Made by a program: the position numbers and the translations under genes
NCBI GenBank assembly: GCA_001820095.1
Contig: MHOO01000008.1
Span: 8,597 to 72,596 of the forward strand
Direction: 5' to 3'
From: Candidatus Staskawiczbacteria bacterium RIFCSPHIGHO2_01_FULL_39_25
Lineage (GTDB): Bacteria > Patescibacteriota > Minisyncoccia > Minisyncoccales > Staskawiczbacteraceae
DNA length: 64,000 nucleotides
Notes under the pieces: model-generated
The model's input: only the letters and a program-made list of their open reading frames with translations
Database searches by the model: none
Told to the model about the DNA's origin: nothing
Shown here: piece by piece, positions 63,404 through 64,000 of the stretch
Layout of the letters: every line of letters starts with the position of its first letter
Position numbering within the stretch: the stretch's first letter is position 1

Positions 63404-64000
63404 ACAACGTGTGTGTTATTGGATTGGGATACGTGGGGCTCACGCTGGCGGTAACTTTAGCTGAAAAGGGGCTTACGGTTTTTGGCATAGAAAAGAATGA
63501 AAAAATACTCGGCGATCTGAAAAAGGGCAAGTCGCATTTCCATGAAAAAGGCCTTAATGAATTGATCCAAAAGACTAAAGGAACTACGTTATTACTTTCA
63601 AAAGAAATTCCAGCAGGCAAAGCCATAAACTGTTTTATTATCGCCGTTTCCACCCCCATAGATGCCATAACTAAACTGCCTAGAATAGATTACATTGAAA
63701 AAGCGACCCAAGAAATCGTGCCTCACTTGCAGCCCGGCCAGCTTGTGGTACTGCGCAGCACCATTCCGGTGGGGGCTACCAGAAATGTGGTACTGCCCAT
63801 ACTGCAAAAAAAGTGCAGCGGATTTTATTTAAGTTTCTGTCCGGAAAGGACTGCAGAAGGAAAGGCATTAGAGGAATTAAAAACATTGCCCCAGGTAGTA
63901 GGAGGCCTAGATGAAGCAAGCACCGATGCCGCTGTTGAATTATTTTCTAAAATAAGTCCATTGATTGTAAGAACAGAATCTTTGGAAGTTGCTGAAATTG
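63385..64000 (+). CDS. Nucleotide-sugar dehydrogenase (UDP-glucose/GDP-mannose dehydrogenase family), 3' partial
   Basis: Hand translation: MESKKVDNVCVIGLGYVGLTLAVTLAEKG..FCPERTAEG... The frame is open to the window end. It is absent from the ORF track because it has no stop. Confidence 0.85.
   Translation, partial: MESKKVDNVCVIGLGYVGLTLAVTLAEKGLTVFGIEKNEKILGDLKKGKSHFHEKGLNELIQKTKGTTLLLSKEIPAGKAINCFIIAVSTPIDAITKLPRIDYIEKATQEIVPHLQPGQLVVLRSTIPVGATRNVVLPILQKKCSGFYLSFCPERTAEGKALEELKTLPQVVGGLDEASTDAAVELFSKISPLIVRTESLEVAEI

Noticed and set aside
852-63807. Many ORF-track entries lie antisense to or nested within long conserved genes. Examples are 852..1145, 2001..2252, 4116..4601, 5181..5620, 6542..6970, 18094..18582, 22067..22396, 32393..32878, 40063..40278 and 53866..54408.
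   Set aside because: They overlap ORFs with strong family motifs and lack ribosome-binding sites. They also show low-complexity or mirror-image composition. I treat them as shadow ORFs.
1-64000. The genome might use an alternative genetic code (UGA recoding, as in some CPR lineages).
   Set aside because: All conserved genes (leuS, topA, clpB, hisS, glyA, ftsZ) are full length and uninterrupted under the standard code.

Overview
This is a 64-kb, gene-dense, AT-rich bacterial chromosome segment read with the standard genetic code. I saw no rRNA, CRISPR array, transposase, integrase or reverse transcriptase.

Taxonomy (inference only, not a database result): the gene content looks like a Candidate Phyla Radiation / Patescibacteria (Parcubacteria-like) genome. 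Pointers are shortened Mfd, FtsZ and Rel, ComEC plus DprA, small PaaX-family proteins, a giant lamin-tail-domain secreted protein, and an O-antigen-ligase+TPR protein.

Layout:
- About 1-34 kb is mostly housekeeping: tatD, leuS, tsaC, glyA, tRNA-Leu(CAA), rel, topA, dprA, mfd, pth, lepB, hisS, rpsU, ybeY, ftsA, ftsZ, comEC, a glycolipid gene trio, htrA and clpB.
- About 34-64 kb is a cell-envelope accessory region. It holds a 1713-aa multidomain secreted protein, a PaaX-like gene, an HTH protein, an ECF sigma factor and a putative anti-sigma. These are followed by a 1154-aa peptidoglycan-binding S-layer-like protein, a tail-fibre-like secreted protein and a Wzy_C/O-antigen-ligase+TPR protein.
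- The right end is a roughly 13-kb sugar cluster built around NeuB-like synthase, KdsC-like phosphatase and NeuA-like CMP-transferase genes. It also has an unusual DegT-aminotransferase::Fe-ADH fusion, three methyltransferases and a flippase.

Most interesting observations:
1. A candidate pathway for an amino/methyl-modified ulosonic (KDN/Kdo/sialic-like) acid sits next to a PglL-like ligase and a Ser/Thr-rich surface protein, suggesting a surface-protein glycosylation system.
2. Three families of perfect palindromic elements show compensatory stem changes. Two families have a copy inserted in frame inside a coding gene (tsaC, comEC), one with a direct-repeat footprint. Each of two PaaX-family genes is bracketed by its own palindrome pair, a REP/RAYT-like layout without a recognisable transposase.
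3. Two small GC-rich, foreign-looking expression units (15.9-16.5 kb and 25.1-25.7 kb) have near-consensus promoters and structured leaders.
4. A phased decamer array and repeated operator-like motifs surround the HTH/ECF-sigma genes.
5. An HtrA-like protein has lost all three catalytic residues, and FtsZ ends exactly at the globular core.

All protein calls rest on motif recognition by eye. No BLAST or HMM search was possible.
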